A stretch of 64,000 nt of DNA from Candidatus Limnocylindria bacterium. GTDB taxonomy: Bacteria > Patescibacteriota > Saccharimonadia > Saccharimonadales > JAGQNK01. The number at the start of each line of letters is the position of its first letter. Position 1 is the first letter of the stretch. The stretch lies in contig DATHJH010000018.1 of NCBI GenBank assembly GCA_035489815.1, positions 3,027-67,026 of the forward strand, written 5' to 3'. The position numbers and the translations under genes were made by a program. Shown one piece after another: positions 1 through 9,114 of this stretch. Under the pieces are notes generated by a model, which made no database searches, was not told where the DNA came from, and saw only the letters and a list, made by a program, of their open reading frames with translations.

Positions 1-87
1 CTCACGTTGGCAGCCAGGACACAGGCTATCAGAGAACACAGAGAGCGGCTGAGCAGCCCTATTAAATAAGTCTAACGAGGAGAAAAT

Positions 88-2028
88 ATGGGTAAAATTA
101 TCGGAATAGACCTTGGTACCACTAACTCCGCTATGGCGGTTATGCAGGCCGGCAAGGCAGAGATTGTGGCTAACAGCGAAGGCCAGCGCACCACGCCGTC
201 AGTTGTCGCTGTTAACAAGAACGGCGAACGTCTGGTCGGCCAGGTAGCGCGCCGCCAGCAGGTGACCAACAGCAAAAACACGATTTATGAAGTCAAACGC
301 CTCATTGGCCGTAACTTCAAGGACAAAGAAGTTCAGCGTGATCTGAAGCTTATGGGGTACGAAATCGTCAAATCCGGCAACGGCGTCAAGGTCAAAATGG
401 GCGACAAAGAATACAGTCCAGAGGAAATCAGCGCTATGATTCTGGGCAAACTGAAGGCCGATGCCGAGGCCTTTCTGGGCCAGCCGGTTACAGAGGCGGT
501 CATTACCGTGCCTGCTTACTTTGACGACAGCCAGCGCCATGCTACCAAAGACGCCGGTAAGATCGCCGGCCTGGAGGTCAAGCGCATTATTAACGAACCA
601 ACCGCCGCTGCCTTGGCCTACGGTTTGGACAAAAAGAAGACGGACGAAAAGATCGCCGTCTACGACCTGGGCGGAGGTACCTTTGACGTGTCCATCCTGG
701 AACTGGGCGACGGTGTGTTTGAGGTCAAGTCTACCAATGGTGACACCCACCTGGGCGGTGCCGACTTTGACCGCGTACTGGTCAATTACTTTGCCGACGA
801 GTTCAAAAAAGAACATGGCATCTCCATTGCGGAGGACAAAGCCGCCATGCAGCGCCTGCGCGACGAAGCCGAAAAGGCCAAGATTGAGCTGTCTACCACT
901 AACGAAGTTGACGTCAATCTGCCTTTCCTAACGGCTGACGCCGACGGTCCCAAGCACTTTGAGCACAAACTGACGCGTGCCAAGCTGGAAAGCCTGGTTG
1001 GCGACCTGATCGACAAAACTGCCGTGCCTTGTGAAAAGGCCCTCAAAGACGCCGGCGTAAAAGCCAGCGACATCGACGCCGTAGTTTTGGTCGGGGGCAT
1101 GACCCGCATGCCGGCCGTACAGGCAAAAGTGAAGAAGATATTTGGCCGTAGTCCCATGAAGGGTGTCAACCCGGACGAGGTTGTGGCCGTGGGCGCAGCC
1201 ATCCAGGGCGGTGTGCTGCAAGGTGATGTCAAGGACGTGCTGCTGCTGGACGTCACGCCTCTTTCCCTGGGTATCGAAACCCTTGGCGGCGTTGCCACTA
1301 AACTGATAGAACGTAACACTACTATTCCAACCTCCAAGAGTGAAACCTTCAGTACTGCTGCCGATAATCAGCCGCAGGTAGAAATCCACGTGGTCCAGGG
1401 CGAGCGTGAAATGGTGGATGACAACAAGTCCCTCGGTCGCTTTGTGCTGGACGGCATTCCACCCGCGCCGCGCGGTGTACCGCAGGTTGAGGTGACTTTT
1501 AACATAGACGCCAACGGTATCTTGAACGTGACTGCCAAAGACAAAGGTTCCGGCAAAGAACAGAGTATAACCATCCAAAACAGCGGTAACCTGGACAAGA
1601 CCGAGGTGGAAAAAATGGCCAAAGAGGCCGAAGCCCATGCCGAAGAAGACAAGAAAAAGCGCGAATCCATAGACGCCCGCAACCAGTTGGACAGCGCCGT
1701 CTACCAGGCAGAGAAAATGAAGTCGGATAACAAGGAAAAGATTTCCGAGGAAGATCAAAAGGTCTTAGACGAAGCCATAGAAGCTGCCAAAAAGGTAGTC
1801 AAAGACGAAAAAGCTGACCAGGAAGCCCTAGAAGCAGCTGCTAAAGAGCTCACCGACAAAATGATGCCCATCGGCGCCAAAATGTATGAGTCCGCCCAAG
1901 CTGACGAGAATCCTTCCCAAGCTGACGGGTCAGCGAAGGAGGATACAGACTCCAAGGGCAAGGGTAAAAAAGACGACAAAGACGGGCCCGTAGAAGGTGA
2001 AGTAGTCGACGATAACAAGAAGGAGTAA
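88..2028 (+). CDS. dnaK: Molecular chaperone DnaK (Hsp70)
   Basis: 646-aa ORF with Hsp70 signatures [29 protein letters not shown] and an acidic/lysine-rich C-terminal tail. GAGGAG RBS lies upstream of the ATG. Confidence 0.98.
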   Translation: MGKIIGIDLGTTNSAMAVMQAGKAEIVANSEGQRTTPSVVAVNKNGERLVGQVARRQQVTNSKNTIYEVKRLIGRNFKDKEVQRDLKLMGYEIVKSGNGVKVKMGDKEYSPEEISAMILGKLKADAEAFLGQPVTEAVITVPAYFDDSQRHATKDAGKIAGLEVKRIINEPTAAALAYGLDKKKTDEKIAVYDLGGGTFDVSILELGDGVFEVKSTNGDTHLGGADFDRVLVNYFADEFKKEHGISIAEDKAAMQRLRDEAEKAKIELSTTNEVDVNLPFLTADADGPKHFEHKLTRAKLESLVGDLIDKTAVPCEKALKDAGVKASDIDAVVLVGGMTRMPAVQAKVKKIFGRSPMKGVNPDEVVAVGAAIQGGVLQGDVKDVLLLDVTPLSLGIETLGGVATKLIERNTTIPTSKSETFSTAADNQPQVEIHVVQGEREMVDDNKSLGRFVLDGIPPAPRGVPQVEVTFNIDANGILNVTAKDKGSGKEQSITIQNSGNLDKTEVEKMAKEAEAHAEEDKKKRESIDARNQLDSAVYQAEKMKSDNKEKISEEDQKVLDEAIEAAKKVVKDEKADQEALEAAAKELTDKMMPIGAKMYESAQADENPSQADGSAKEDTDSKGKGKKDDKDGPVEGEVVDDNKKE

Positions 2029-2032
2029 GTCT

Positions 2033-2398
2033 ATGGCCCCTGCCACAACATCGGGAGCAGCGGAAGGGATGGTGGCCGCGAACGGTACTATGTCGCCGGA
2101 TGAATTTGCGGACAGGTTTGCTGCTGCCCGGCAGGAAGCCTGGCGGCCTCTGGCCAATGGGGTAGAAGGCGTGGCCATCTCCCCTGCGGGCGATCACTTT
2201 TACACTGCAACTAAGTCTGTGAGCGGCCTGGATTTTGTCCTGCAACATACCATTCTACTGAACGGCGCGGGACGCGGGTACTACTGGCGGGGGACTCAGG
2301 AGGGCGTAGGCCATGTTCTGCAAGCCGACGAGGATTTGTTAGAGTACGTTAGCAGGCGAGCCCTGGCTATGCAGCTGAAACCGGATGTGGTTGGGTAG
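2033..2398 (+). CDS. Hypothetical protein (121 aa)
   Basis: ORF starts 5 nt after the dnaK stop. No motif recognised. Confidence 0.35.
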   Translation: MAPATTSGAAEGMVAANGTMSPDEFADRFAAARQEAWRPLANGVEGVAISPAGDHFYTATKSVSGLDFVLQHTILLNGAGRGYYWRGTQEGVGHVLQADEDLLEYVSRRALAMQLKPDVVG

Positions 2399-2470
2399 GC
2401 GCGGGGCAAAATGTTATCCTGAGAAACAGAGCCAGGTGGAGTAGCTTGAAGCTAACGAAAAGGAGTAGAT

Positions 2471-2995
2471 ATGTCGCGTTCCGTAGAATGGTATGAAGAA
2501 GTCGAAGCTGTCGCAGCTGCAAGAGAACTTAGGCGGGGTGAGCTGAGGACCCGGGTTTTTGGAGATACGGATAGGGCTGCTCCGATTACTCCGGAAGATT
2601 TGACAGCTACTGTTGAAGCCGCTATCGCAAGTACTAAAGGCCGTCGAGCTCAAGTGCTCGGCCAGAAAGTCACCGAACACGTAATAAGCGTGCCTGCCGA
2701 CAAACTTTCCAATCCATTTGATTCTGTGGAACTACATGGGTATGTAGGGCGCGGATTTCGCAGTGCACATAGGGGTGAGCTGGTTGCCGCCAGGTTGACT
2801 GCGGTCATGGATGAGGCGGGCTGGAGTGCCCCAGCGAAGCTGCGTGTAGATGAGTTTGTGAATCTGCTCAACCCAGTAGGGGGTACATCAACCGAGGTCT
2901 TTGAGTCGGAAGAATCCAGAATGAGATCCGCTGTTCCAGGGCCAAATTATGGGGTTGTCCGGCAGCTTTTAGGGATGGTTGGTGACGCCACCTAG
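2471..2995 (+). CDS. Hypothetical protein (174 aa)
   Basis: ORF preceded by AAAAGGAG RBS. No motif recognised. Confidence 0.45.
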   Translation: MSRSVEWYEEVEAVAAARELRRGELRTRVFGDTDRAAPITPEDLTATVEAAIASTKGRRAQVLGQKVTEHVISVPADKLSNPFDSVELHGYVGRGFRSAHRGELVAARLTAVMDEAGWSAPAKLRVDEFVNLLNPVGGTSTEVFESEESRMRSAVPGPNYGVVRQLLGMVGDAT

Positions 2996-3175
2996 GCAAA
3001 ACAGGGAACAATTTTCTGGGCTGCAAATGCCGGAGCAAGTATTGAAGCAGGAGCACCAGAGAGCAAGGCTGGCACTCTCAATGCTCAAGTGCTAGAATAT
3101 ACGGCATGGCACAACGCAAAACTATGATGAACAAGGTGCTCATTGTAACCGGCTTGAGATCCAGGCTCAGCGCAG

Positions 3176-3204
3176 TTGACATATTTGATAGTACTCGGTA
3201 TTAT
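3176..3204 (+). promoter_or_regulatory. Sigma70-like promoter (TTGACA-17 nt-TATTAT)
   Basis: TTGACA at 3176-3181, a 17-nt spacer, then TATTAT at 3199-3204, upstream of the NYN gene. Confidence 0.5.
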
Positions 3205-3210
3205 ATTTAT

Positions 3211-3256
3211 ACCTCGCCTCGCTCTGGTTTTCGGACCCAGCGAGGTGTTTTTATTG
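3211..3256 (+). terminator. Terminator/attenuator-like hairpin with T-run in the leader of the NYN gene
   Basis: CCTCGCT (3217-3223) pairs with AGCGAGG (3239-3245); alternatively ACCTCG pairs with CGAGGT. The stem is followed by TGTTTTTATT and lies between the predicted promoter and the ATG at 3270. Confidence 0.35.
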
Positions 3257-3269
3257 AAAAGGGTAGCAG

Positions 3270-3887
3270 ATGAAAACAATCGTTTTTATAGACGGCGAAA
3301 ACTTACGGCACAAACTTGCAGAAGTGTTAGTCAAACATCGCAAAATCCGAGATGGCCAGAATCTCAAAAAGTTTGATATTCGTGGATTTGTGGAAGCGCT
3401 TGTACCCGAACCGCAAGGCTTGGAGATACGATACTATGGCGCAAAGGTGAAGCTTGCCGGTAAACATAAACAAACTCGCCAGAAAACACTCGCCATTATT
3501 CAACAAAAACGCGCATGGAACTCTATTCTCAAACAGCAGCGAGTTGATTACTTTGAGACCGGTGCGCTCAAGGTCCGCTCTGATGGGTATCCCAAGAACT
3601 CAGAGTATCTAGTGGAAAAAGGCGTTGATGTTGGTATGGCTGTGGATATGATTGTAGCTGCCCTAAAACATAACGTGAGAAATATAGCCTTTGTTAGCTC
3701 CGATGCCGACCTGCTGCCTGCGGTTCGTGTGCTGAAGCAAGAGAAGATAGCAGTAACTTATGTTGCGTATGAAAGCTTCGTCCTGCCTTCTCTCTCGCAA
3801 TTTTCTAAAAAAACCCGTACTTTTACTGACCGGCAAATTTTGAAATATTTTGAAACGCATAACCCTCAGAAGAAACGACATGGCTAA
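3270..3887 (+). CDS. NYN-domain (LabA-like) putative RNase
   Basis: N-terminal MKTIVFIDGENL and VSSDADLLPAV motifs are typical of NYN/LabA proteins. The 3' end overlaps the dnaJ start by 8 nt. Confidence 0.7.
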   Translation: MKTIVFIDGENLRHKLAEVLVKHRKIRDGQNLKKFDIRGFVEALVPEPQGLEIRYYGAKVKLAGKHKQTRQKTLAIIQQKRAWNSILKQQRVDYFETGALKVRSDGYPKNSEYLVEKGVDVGMAVDMIVAALKHNVRNIAFVSSDADLLPAVRVLKQEKIAVTYVAYESFVLPSLSQFSKKTRTFTDRQILKYFETHNPQKKRHG

Positions 3888-4983
3888 AAGAGATTACTAC
3901 GAAGTTCTGGGTATAAGCAAAGGTGCCTCTGCTGATGAGATCAAGAAAGCTTTCCGCAAAGCTGCTGTGCAGCACCACCCGGACAAAGAGGGCGGGGATG
4001 AGGCTAAGTTCAAGGAAGTGAACGAGGCCTACGAGGTATTGAAGGATTCGTCCAAACGCCAGCGCTACGACCAGTTTGGCCATGCCGGGGTGGGCGGTAA
4101 CGGCGGGGGTGACCCATTTGGTGGATATAGCGGGTATGGCGGTCAGGCTGGTCAGAACACTAACTTTGACTTTGGTGACATGGGCCTGGGCGACATCTTT
4201 AGCAGCTTCTTTGGCGGGGGTGCCGGCCACCGCCAGGGCCGCCAGGCTCGCGGCCGCGACGTGGAAACAAATGTGGAGATCACCTTTGAACAGGCCGTCT
4301 TTGGCACGGAAGTAGACCTCAACCTCAGCCTGGAAGACGCCTGCGAACACTGCAAAGGCACCACCGCAGAGCCGGGCTACGAGCTGAGGTCTTGTGACGA
4401 GTGCGGCGGTTCCGGCCAGGTAACACGGGTTATGCGCACGGTCTTTGGCAACATCCAGCAGGCCACAGTTTGTCCCAAGTGTAAAGGTGCCGGTAAGGTG
4501 CCGGAAAAGGAATGCACCGTTTGTCACGGCAAAGGAACGCAGCGCAAATCCCAGACTATCGGGCTGAAGGTTCCTGCGGGGATTGACGACGGTGCAACCA
4601 TTCGCCTGCGCGAACACGGCGAAGCCATTGCCAATGGGCCAAAGGGCGATCTGTATGTAAACGTCCGGGTAAGGCCGCATAAAAAATTCACCCGTGAGGG
4701 CGACCTGATTCTAAGCGAAGAAACCGTGAGTATGGTAGATGCGGCGCTTGGCGTAGAAATAGACGTGGATACGGTGGACGGCCCCGTCCGCATGAAGGTA
4801 CCGGCCGGTACCCAGAGTGGCACAGACTTCAAACTATCCGGCCACGGCGTGACGCACCTGCGCCGGGAGACCCGCGGGGCCCACATTGTCACCATCCGTG
4901 TAGAAACCCCTACTAAACTCAGCAAAAAACAGCAGGAGCTGCTGCAGGAATTCAAAGGTGCCCGCAAAAAAGGTTTGTGGTAA
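3880..4983 (+). CDS. dnaJ: Co-chaperone DnaJ (Hsp40)
   Basis: J-domain (DYYEVLGISKGAS...HPDK), G/F-rich linker and four CxxCxGxG zinc-finger repeats. Start placed at MAKRDYYEVL inside the longer ORF 3850-4983. Confidence 0.95.
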   Translation: MAKRDYYEVLGISKGASADEIKKAFRKAAVQHHPDKEGGDEAKFKEVNEAYEVLKDSSKRQRYDQFGHAGVGGNGGGDPFGGYSGYGGQAGQNTNFDFGDMGLGDIFSSFFGGGAGHRQGRQARGRDVETNVEITFEQAVFGTEVDLNLSLEDACEHCKGTTAEPGYELRSCDECGGSGQVTRVMRTVFGNIQQATVCPKCKGAGKVPEKECTVCHGKGTQRKSQTIGLKVPAGIDDGATIRLREHGEAIANGPKGDLYVNVRVRPHKKFTREGDLILSEETVSMVDAALGVEIDVDTVDGPVRMKVPAGTQSGTDFKLSGHGVTHLRRETRGAHIVTIRVETPTKLSKKQQELLQEFKGARKKGLW

Positions 4984-5021
4984 ACTGGACTTTCTAGCTA
5001 AATAATCAACCAGGAGTGCTC

Positions 5022-5729
5022 ATGCCAGACCGAGGCGCTTTTTTTAATCCTGAAATTATGACATGCACAAATACTAATGGGCGCACCCTTGGCTTGCCCT
5101 GTGTTCCATGCCCTCTAGATGTTTACCCCGGCGAGTGCCCTCAGCTAAAAGTAGGCCAAGATCTAGCTAGTTTGAAGACTGATAATACCGCGCTAAGGCA
5201 GGAAGTCCAGACGCTTCTCCCTGCGGCACGGTATGATCCCTTAACGGGGTTACTAAGACCAGAGAGGTTTAGGGATGCTGCCCACAGAGTGCTTGAAAGA
5301 GCGCGCAAGGAAGGATCGGCCGCTCTGGCGCTGGTGGATCTCGATGATTTTAAGGGATATAACGACACCTTTAATCACAGTGCTGGAGACAGGCTCTTGA
5401 GAGCGGCTGGAGATTCCCTTTTGCGGCATATCCGACCCGGGGATGTCGTAGGTCGCCTAGGTGGTGATGAGTTCGGGGTGGCATATTGGTCGCCCGAACC
5501 GTTTGACGAAGGCAAGGCTGCCGGAAGGGGTGCTATGCTAAAGTCTGGCGTGGACGAGGATATTACTTATCAGGTTGAAATTGATCGACACCTCTTTCCC
5601 TCAGAGAACTTAGAGGCCATGCCCGAGGTAAGCATAGGAGTTGCTGAGTGGAGGCGAGACATGACCTTTACTGAAGCAAAGGATAAGGCAGATGAGCTTA
5701 TGTACAAGAATAAGCAACGAAAGAGATAG
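5022..5729 (+). CDS. GGDEF-domain diguanylate cyclase-like protein
   Basis: DLDDFKGYNDTFNHSAGDRLL and RLGGDEFGV motifs. AGGAG RBS lies 5 nt before the ATG at 5022. Confidence 0.8.
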   Translation: MPDRGAFFNPEIMTCTNTNGRTLGLPCVPCPLDVYPGECPQLKVGQDLASLKTDNTALRQEVQTLLPAARYDPLTGLLRPERFRDAAHRVLERARKEGSAALALVDLDDFKGYNDTFNHSAGDRLLRAAGDSLLRHIRPGDVVGRLGGDEFGVAYWSPEPFDEGKAAGRGAMLKSGVDEDITYQVEIDRHLFPSENLEAMPEVSIGVAEWRRDMTFTEAKDKADELMYKNKQRKR

Positions 5730-5809
5730 TAACTGCTGTACAAATTACTTCTGAAGGTGTAAAAATAAGTATAAGATGTGTATGATTACCCTCCAGAAGG
5801 CGCAAGGGG

Positions 5810-5920
5810 ATGAAAAAGCTTGATGCCGCCGGATTGGTGCCCCTTTTGTTGGTGATTTTGTGCGTAGTTCTTGCGGTTATCTACCTGGCCTATAGGCGAG
5901 TTGCCGAAATGCAAGGGTAG
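5810..5920 (+). CDS. Possible 36-aa single-TM peptide
   Basis: Translates as MKKLDAAGLVPLLLVILCVVLAVIYLAYRRVAEMQG. It is below the ORF-track size cutoff and is purely an ORF-plus-hydrophobicity call. Confidence 0.3.
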   Translation: MKKLDAAGLVPLLLVILCVVLAVIYLAYRRVAEMQG

Positions 5921-6075
5921 GCGGTTCAACCGTCCAAGCCGCCAGTCTGGTGGCAAGATGGAATTGCCTATCCCGGGGAAGTGCTTTACTGTGAGAGAGG
6001 TAGTAGCTTTTAATGGCCACCTGCAAGGGTGTCATAAGGGCATACTAGCACACGTATATTGCTTATAACAGTACA

Positions 6076-6591
6076 ATGTTTTATAATAATACATTTATGA
6101 GTGTTGGCGTTAAAAAACTCGTGGGACGTGCCGAACTGGTCAGTTTTCCGGAGCTGGGCGGGTTAAGTATGGCAGCGCGTGTGGATACCGGGGCGAAGGT
6201 CTCTGCCATTGCCGTGACAAGTGTCAGGCAGCAGGGCGATGTGCTGGAGGCTGTGTTTTTTGGTGATCCCGCAGAGACGGTTTACCGCTTTGAAACCTAT
6301 AAAAAGTCGCTGGTTGCCAGTTCTACCGGTCAGGTGGAGCGGCGCTTTAAAGTCCGGCTGCTGGTGGTGCTGGGCGGGAAAAAAATCCGCGCCTCGTTTA
6401 CCCTGGCTGATCGCAGCGCACGGACATACCCGGTGCTGATTGGTCGCAACGTGCTACTAGGCAAGTTCCTGGTGGACGTCAAGGAGGGTACAGCCTTTCG
6501 TCGCAAGCCTTCTCTAAAAAAGTTACAGCGCCCCCCAACGCCCCATGGTAATCTGAAAACCCTGGAAGAGGAATTGGAGGAAAGGGTATGA
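6076..6591 (+). CDS. RimK-associated retropepsin-like / ATP-dependent zinc protease family protein
   Basis: VGRAELVSFPELG...ARVDTGAKVSAI and YPVLIGRNVL motifs. Located directly upstream of rimK, as is typical. Start uncertain (6076 or 6097). Confidence 0.65.
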   Translation: MFYNNTFMSVGVKKLVGRAELVSFPELGGLSMAARVDTGAKVSAIAVTSVRQQGDVLEAVFFGDPAETVYRFETYKKSLVASSTGQVERRFKVRLLVVLGGKKIRASFTLADRSARTYPVLIGRNVLLGKFLVDVKEGTAFRRKPSLKKLQRPPTPHGNLKTLEEELEERV

Positions 6592-6699
6592 ATCCCGTTA
6601 CAACCCAAAAGGCCAACAAAGTATATCTATACATACGAACCATACACACACGTATTCAACCGTTAGTCTATGACTGGAAGGGAAGTGGGTTGTAACGGG

Positions 6700-7602
6700 A
6701 TGAACATAGCAATTTTATCTGCTGGTCCGGGCAATTACGCCACCAAACGACTCAAAGAAGAGGCTCTGGCCCGCGGGCACACCGTGCGGATTATCAACCA
6801 CAAGCGCTGCTACATGACCATCGAACGCAGTCATCCAGTGGTCCGCTACGAGGGCGAGGACTTGTCCGACATTGATGTGATCATTCCGCGTATCGGTTCC
6901 AGTGTGACCAAGTACGGCACAGCCGTGGTCCGCCAGTTTGAAATGCAGGGTGTGTATTCCACCGCCACATCCCTGGCGATTAACCGTTCGCGTGATAAGC
7001 TGCGGGCTATCCAGATTCTGGCCCGGGCCGGTGTGGATATCCCAAAGACGGTCTTTTCCCGCGAAACAGCGGAAGTAGAGGACCTTATTCAGCAGGCTGG
7101 TGGTGCGCCGCTTATTATTAAAGTTGCCCGCGGTACCCACGGCAACGGTGTGGTGTTGGCAGAGACAGCCAAGGCTGCTCAAGCGGTGATGCAAGCCTTT
7201 TATGTAGAGGGCGTGAACTTTCTGGTGCAGGAATTTGTCAAAGAATCTGCCGGTGAGGACATTCGTGCCTTTGTGGTGGGCGGCAAGGTAGTGGCCAGTA
7301 TGAAACGCCAGAGCCTTGATGATGACTTCCGGTCCAACCTGCACCAGGGCGGCGAAGGCACCACTGTTAAACTGACAGAGGAAGAACGCAAAACCGCCCA
7401 AAAAGCCGCCAAAGCCATGGGCCTTTCCATCTGCGGCGTGGACATGATGCGCAGCGAACGCGGGCCATTGGTGCTGGAAGTAAACTCCAGCCCGGGCCTG
7501 GGTATAGAAAAAGTTACCAGCCGCAACGTGGCCAGCAAAATAATTGAACACATAGAACAAAATGCACGAGGCAAGCGTCGTCGCGACCGAATTGGCGCGT
7601 AA
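6700..7602 (+). CDS. rimK: RimK-family ATP-grasp ligase (ribosomal protein S6 glutamate ligase-like)
   Basis: MNIAILS start, ATP-grasp motifs (IIKVARGTHGNGV, EFVKES.GEDIRAFVVGG, CGVDMMRSERGPLVLEVNSSPG). Confidence 0.9.
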   Translation: MNIAILSAGPGNYATKRLKEEALARGHTVRIINHKRCYMTIERSHPVVRYEGEDLSDIDVIIPRIGSSVTKYGTAVVRQFEMQGVYSTATSLAINRSRDKLRAIQILARAGVDIPKTVFSRETAEVEDLIQQAGGAPLIIKVARGTHGNGVVLAETAKAAQAVMQAFYVEGVNFLVQEFVKESAGEDIRAFVVGGKVVASMKRQSLDDDFRSNLHQGGEGTTVKLTEEERKTAQKAAKAMGLSICGVDMMRSERGPLVLEVNSSPGLGIEKVTSRNVASKIIEHIEQNARGKRRRDRIGA

Positions 7603-8110
7603 GGTAAAACGGTGGACTCAACCCTGGCAGGTACGCATGGTACTAGCCGGCGTTGCGCTGCTGCTGGTGTGCGGCCTGATTGTTCATCGCTTTAGTGCCA
7701 AGTCTGTTTATACGGAGTGTGCCTTTCGTATTGCCTCATCCGCCGTGAGCCCAGAGACAAAGGGGGATGCCCACCGGGTAGATACCTGTGTACAGCTAGA
7801 AGAGACGTCCTCTGAAAGCGAGAGGGTTTTGGGGTTGTCCGGGCGCCGGTCCATGGATCGGAATCAGGGCATGCTGTTTGACTTTGCCCGGCCGGCCGAA
7901 TACTGCATGTGGATGAAGGACATGCATTTTGCCCTGGATATGCTATGGCTGGATGAGCGTCAGGAAATTGTGTACATGATAGAAAACGTCACGCCGGACA
8001 CCTATCCCAAATCCTTTTGCGGCCCCAAGTCCGCGCAGTATGTGGTAGAAGTAAATAGCGGCATCGTCAAGGCCGCCGACTTGCATGTCGGCCAACGCCT
8101 CCGTTTCTAG
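7562..8110 (+). CDS. DUF192-family protein with N-terminal membrane anchor
   Basis: GMLFDF...MWMKDMHFALDMLWLD...YVVEVNSG are DUF192-like. Start may instead be the ATG at 7637 (MVLAGVALLLV). Confidence 0.7.
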   Translation: MHEASVVATELARKVKRWTQPWQVRMVLAGVALLLVCGLIVHRFSAKSVYTECAFRIASSAVSPETKGDAHRVDTCVQLEETSSESERVLGLSGRRSMDRNQGMLFDFARPAEYCMWMKDMHFALDMLWLDERQEIVYMIENVTPDTYPKSFCGPKSAQYVVEVNSGIVKAADLHVGQRLRF

Positions 8111-8241
8111 ATTACACGTTTTAACACCTCTCAAGGTGAGACCTTATAATGCAAGATGCACGCCTCCGGTTTTATATGTAAAGTCTCCTGGAAGTTCACT
8201 CGCTGGCTCTCCCGTCCAGAACATAACCTCCAACTCCTGTC

Positions 8242-8262
8242 ATTCCCGACCAGATCGGGAAT
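8242..8262. repeat. ATTCCCGA/TCGGGAAT hairpin (copy 1 of a repeated motif)
   Basis: 8-bp stem (8242-8249 / 8255-8262) embedded in CCCGTCC...CTGTCATTCCC...GGGAATCCAG. A second copy lies at 9147-9167. Confidence 0.8.
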
Positions 8263-8317
8263 CCAGTCAGTAAATAAATCAGCTTCAATTTCGGTACGGC
8301 TTGCAGCCGTCTACCGC

Positions 8318-8347
8318 CCTCCTTTCTTGCGCCAGCAAGAAAGGAGG
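8318..8347. other. Perfect 13-bp stem / 4-nt loop hairpin
   Basis: CCTCCTTTCTTGC-GCCA-GCAAGAAAGGAGG. No flanking T-run. Confidence 0.8.
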
Positions 8348-8365
8348 CAAAGAAGTGGCAGGCAG

Positions 8366-8518
8366 TTGCAAAAACAGCGATTGAACCCAAGGTCAAAAGT
8401 GCCGCGCCGAAACAACGCCCCTAAAGGGGCGGTTTTGTTCATTGTCTTGTAGTTACGGGAACAAAACAAGTTTCGGCTTGACTCGGCACTTTTGACCTTG
8501 GGTTCATCGGTTTTGCAA
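8366..8518. repeat. Long branched palindromic intergenic element (H1)
   Basis: Perfect 22-bp arms GAACCCAAGGTCAAAAGTGCCG (8383-8404) and its reverse complement (8484-8505), extended by imperfect outer pairing. Inner stems are GCCGAAAC/GTTTCGGC, AACGCCCC/GGGGCGGTT and TTGTTC/GAACAA. Confidence 0.85.
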
Positions 8519-8649
8519 AGCCTGGTCCTATTTTGTACGAGCTGAAGCTCGTGATTTTAAATAGCGGCTTTCGCCGCAGAGGCATGATTGCGTATGGCAA
8601 GAGCAGTTATATAATGAAGGTCACTAAGCAATTAATGAGGGCCACTATC

Positions 8650-9075
8650 ATGACGACACCCGAAAGATTTGATCAACTGAACGGCATACTGCATCCTCAA
8701 GGGGAGCTGCCAGAAGGATTTGCATACGACTCCTTTCCGGCCGGAGCAATCGGCGGTGCTACTGACCAGGTAAGATTTGCACGGGGTTTGTTGAGCGTAG
8801 ATTTAAGGCAGCAGCAGTCCCGCCACCAGCCACCCATACGCGTGAAGCTTAGGGCGCTACACCCTGCACTTGCAATAAACGTGCGCTACGAGGATGGGTT
8901 CACAGAGTTGCGTGGAGACACCTCTTTTGACGTATACGCCACCGGGGAGGTTGGGTATAATGCCGGTCTTCAAGGCCATGGACCAGTCACGGAGGGAACA
9001 AGGCTCAGTCATCTGGAGTTGGCGCTAGGTAGAGGCATCGAGCAGTGGCCACCGGCAGACGCAGACGCGCGTTGA
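8650..9075 (+). CDS. Hypothetical protein (141 aa from the ATG at 8650)
   Basis: ORF track gives a TTG start at 8533. The ATG at 8650 has GAGGG 8 nt upstream and a TATAAT at 8610-8615. No motif recognised. Confidence 0.4.
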   Translation: MTTPERFDQLNGILHPQGELPEGFAYDSFPAGAIGGATDQVRFARGLLSVDLRQQQSRHQPPIRVKLRALHPALAINVRYEDGFTELRGDTSFDVYATGEVGYNAGLQGHGPVTEGTRLSHLELALGRGIEQWPPADADAR

Positions 9076-9114
9076 CCACGACAGCGTATGGCTGTTGCCG
9101 GTCAGATTGCCGAT

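Noticed and set aside
199-1758. Long minus-strand ORFs inside dnaK (199-816, 786-1337, 928-1758, 1368-1682)
   Set aside because: They lie antisense to an unambiguous, full-length Hsp70 gene. Their Ala/Gly/Arg/Val-rich compositions are typical of shadow frames in GC-rich coding DNA.
3823-4680. 285-aa minus-strand ORF and other frames overlapping dnaJ
   Set aside because: It lies antisense to a complete DnaJ with J-domain and zinc-finger repeats, and it has no motif of its own.
6715-7560. 281-aa minus-strand ORF overlapping rimK
   Set aside because: It lies antisense to a well-supported ATP-grasp gene and its composition is His/Gly/Ala-rich and shadow-like.
8318-8347. 13-bp perfect hairpin as a rho-independent terminator
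   Set aside because: No T-run follows on either strand. It is listed only as a structural feature.
8111-8532. Known housekeeping ncRNA (RNase P RNA, tmRNA, SRP RNA, 6S) as the explanation for the hairpin-rich spacer
   Set aside because: I could not find the conserved RNase P (GAGGAAAGTCC-type), the tmRNA (tRNA-Ala-like ends, tag ORF) or the SRP (GGAAG/AGCAGC helix 8) signatures. This still needs an Infernal scan.
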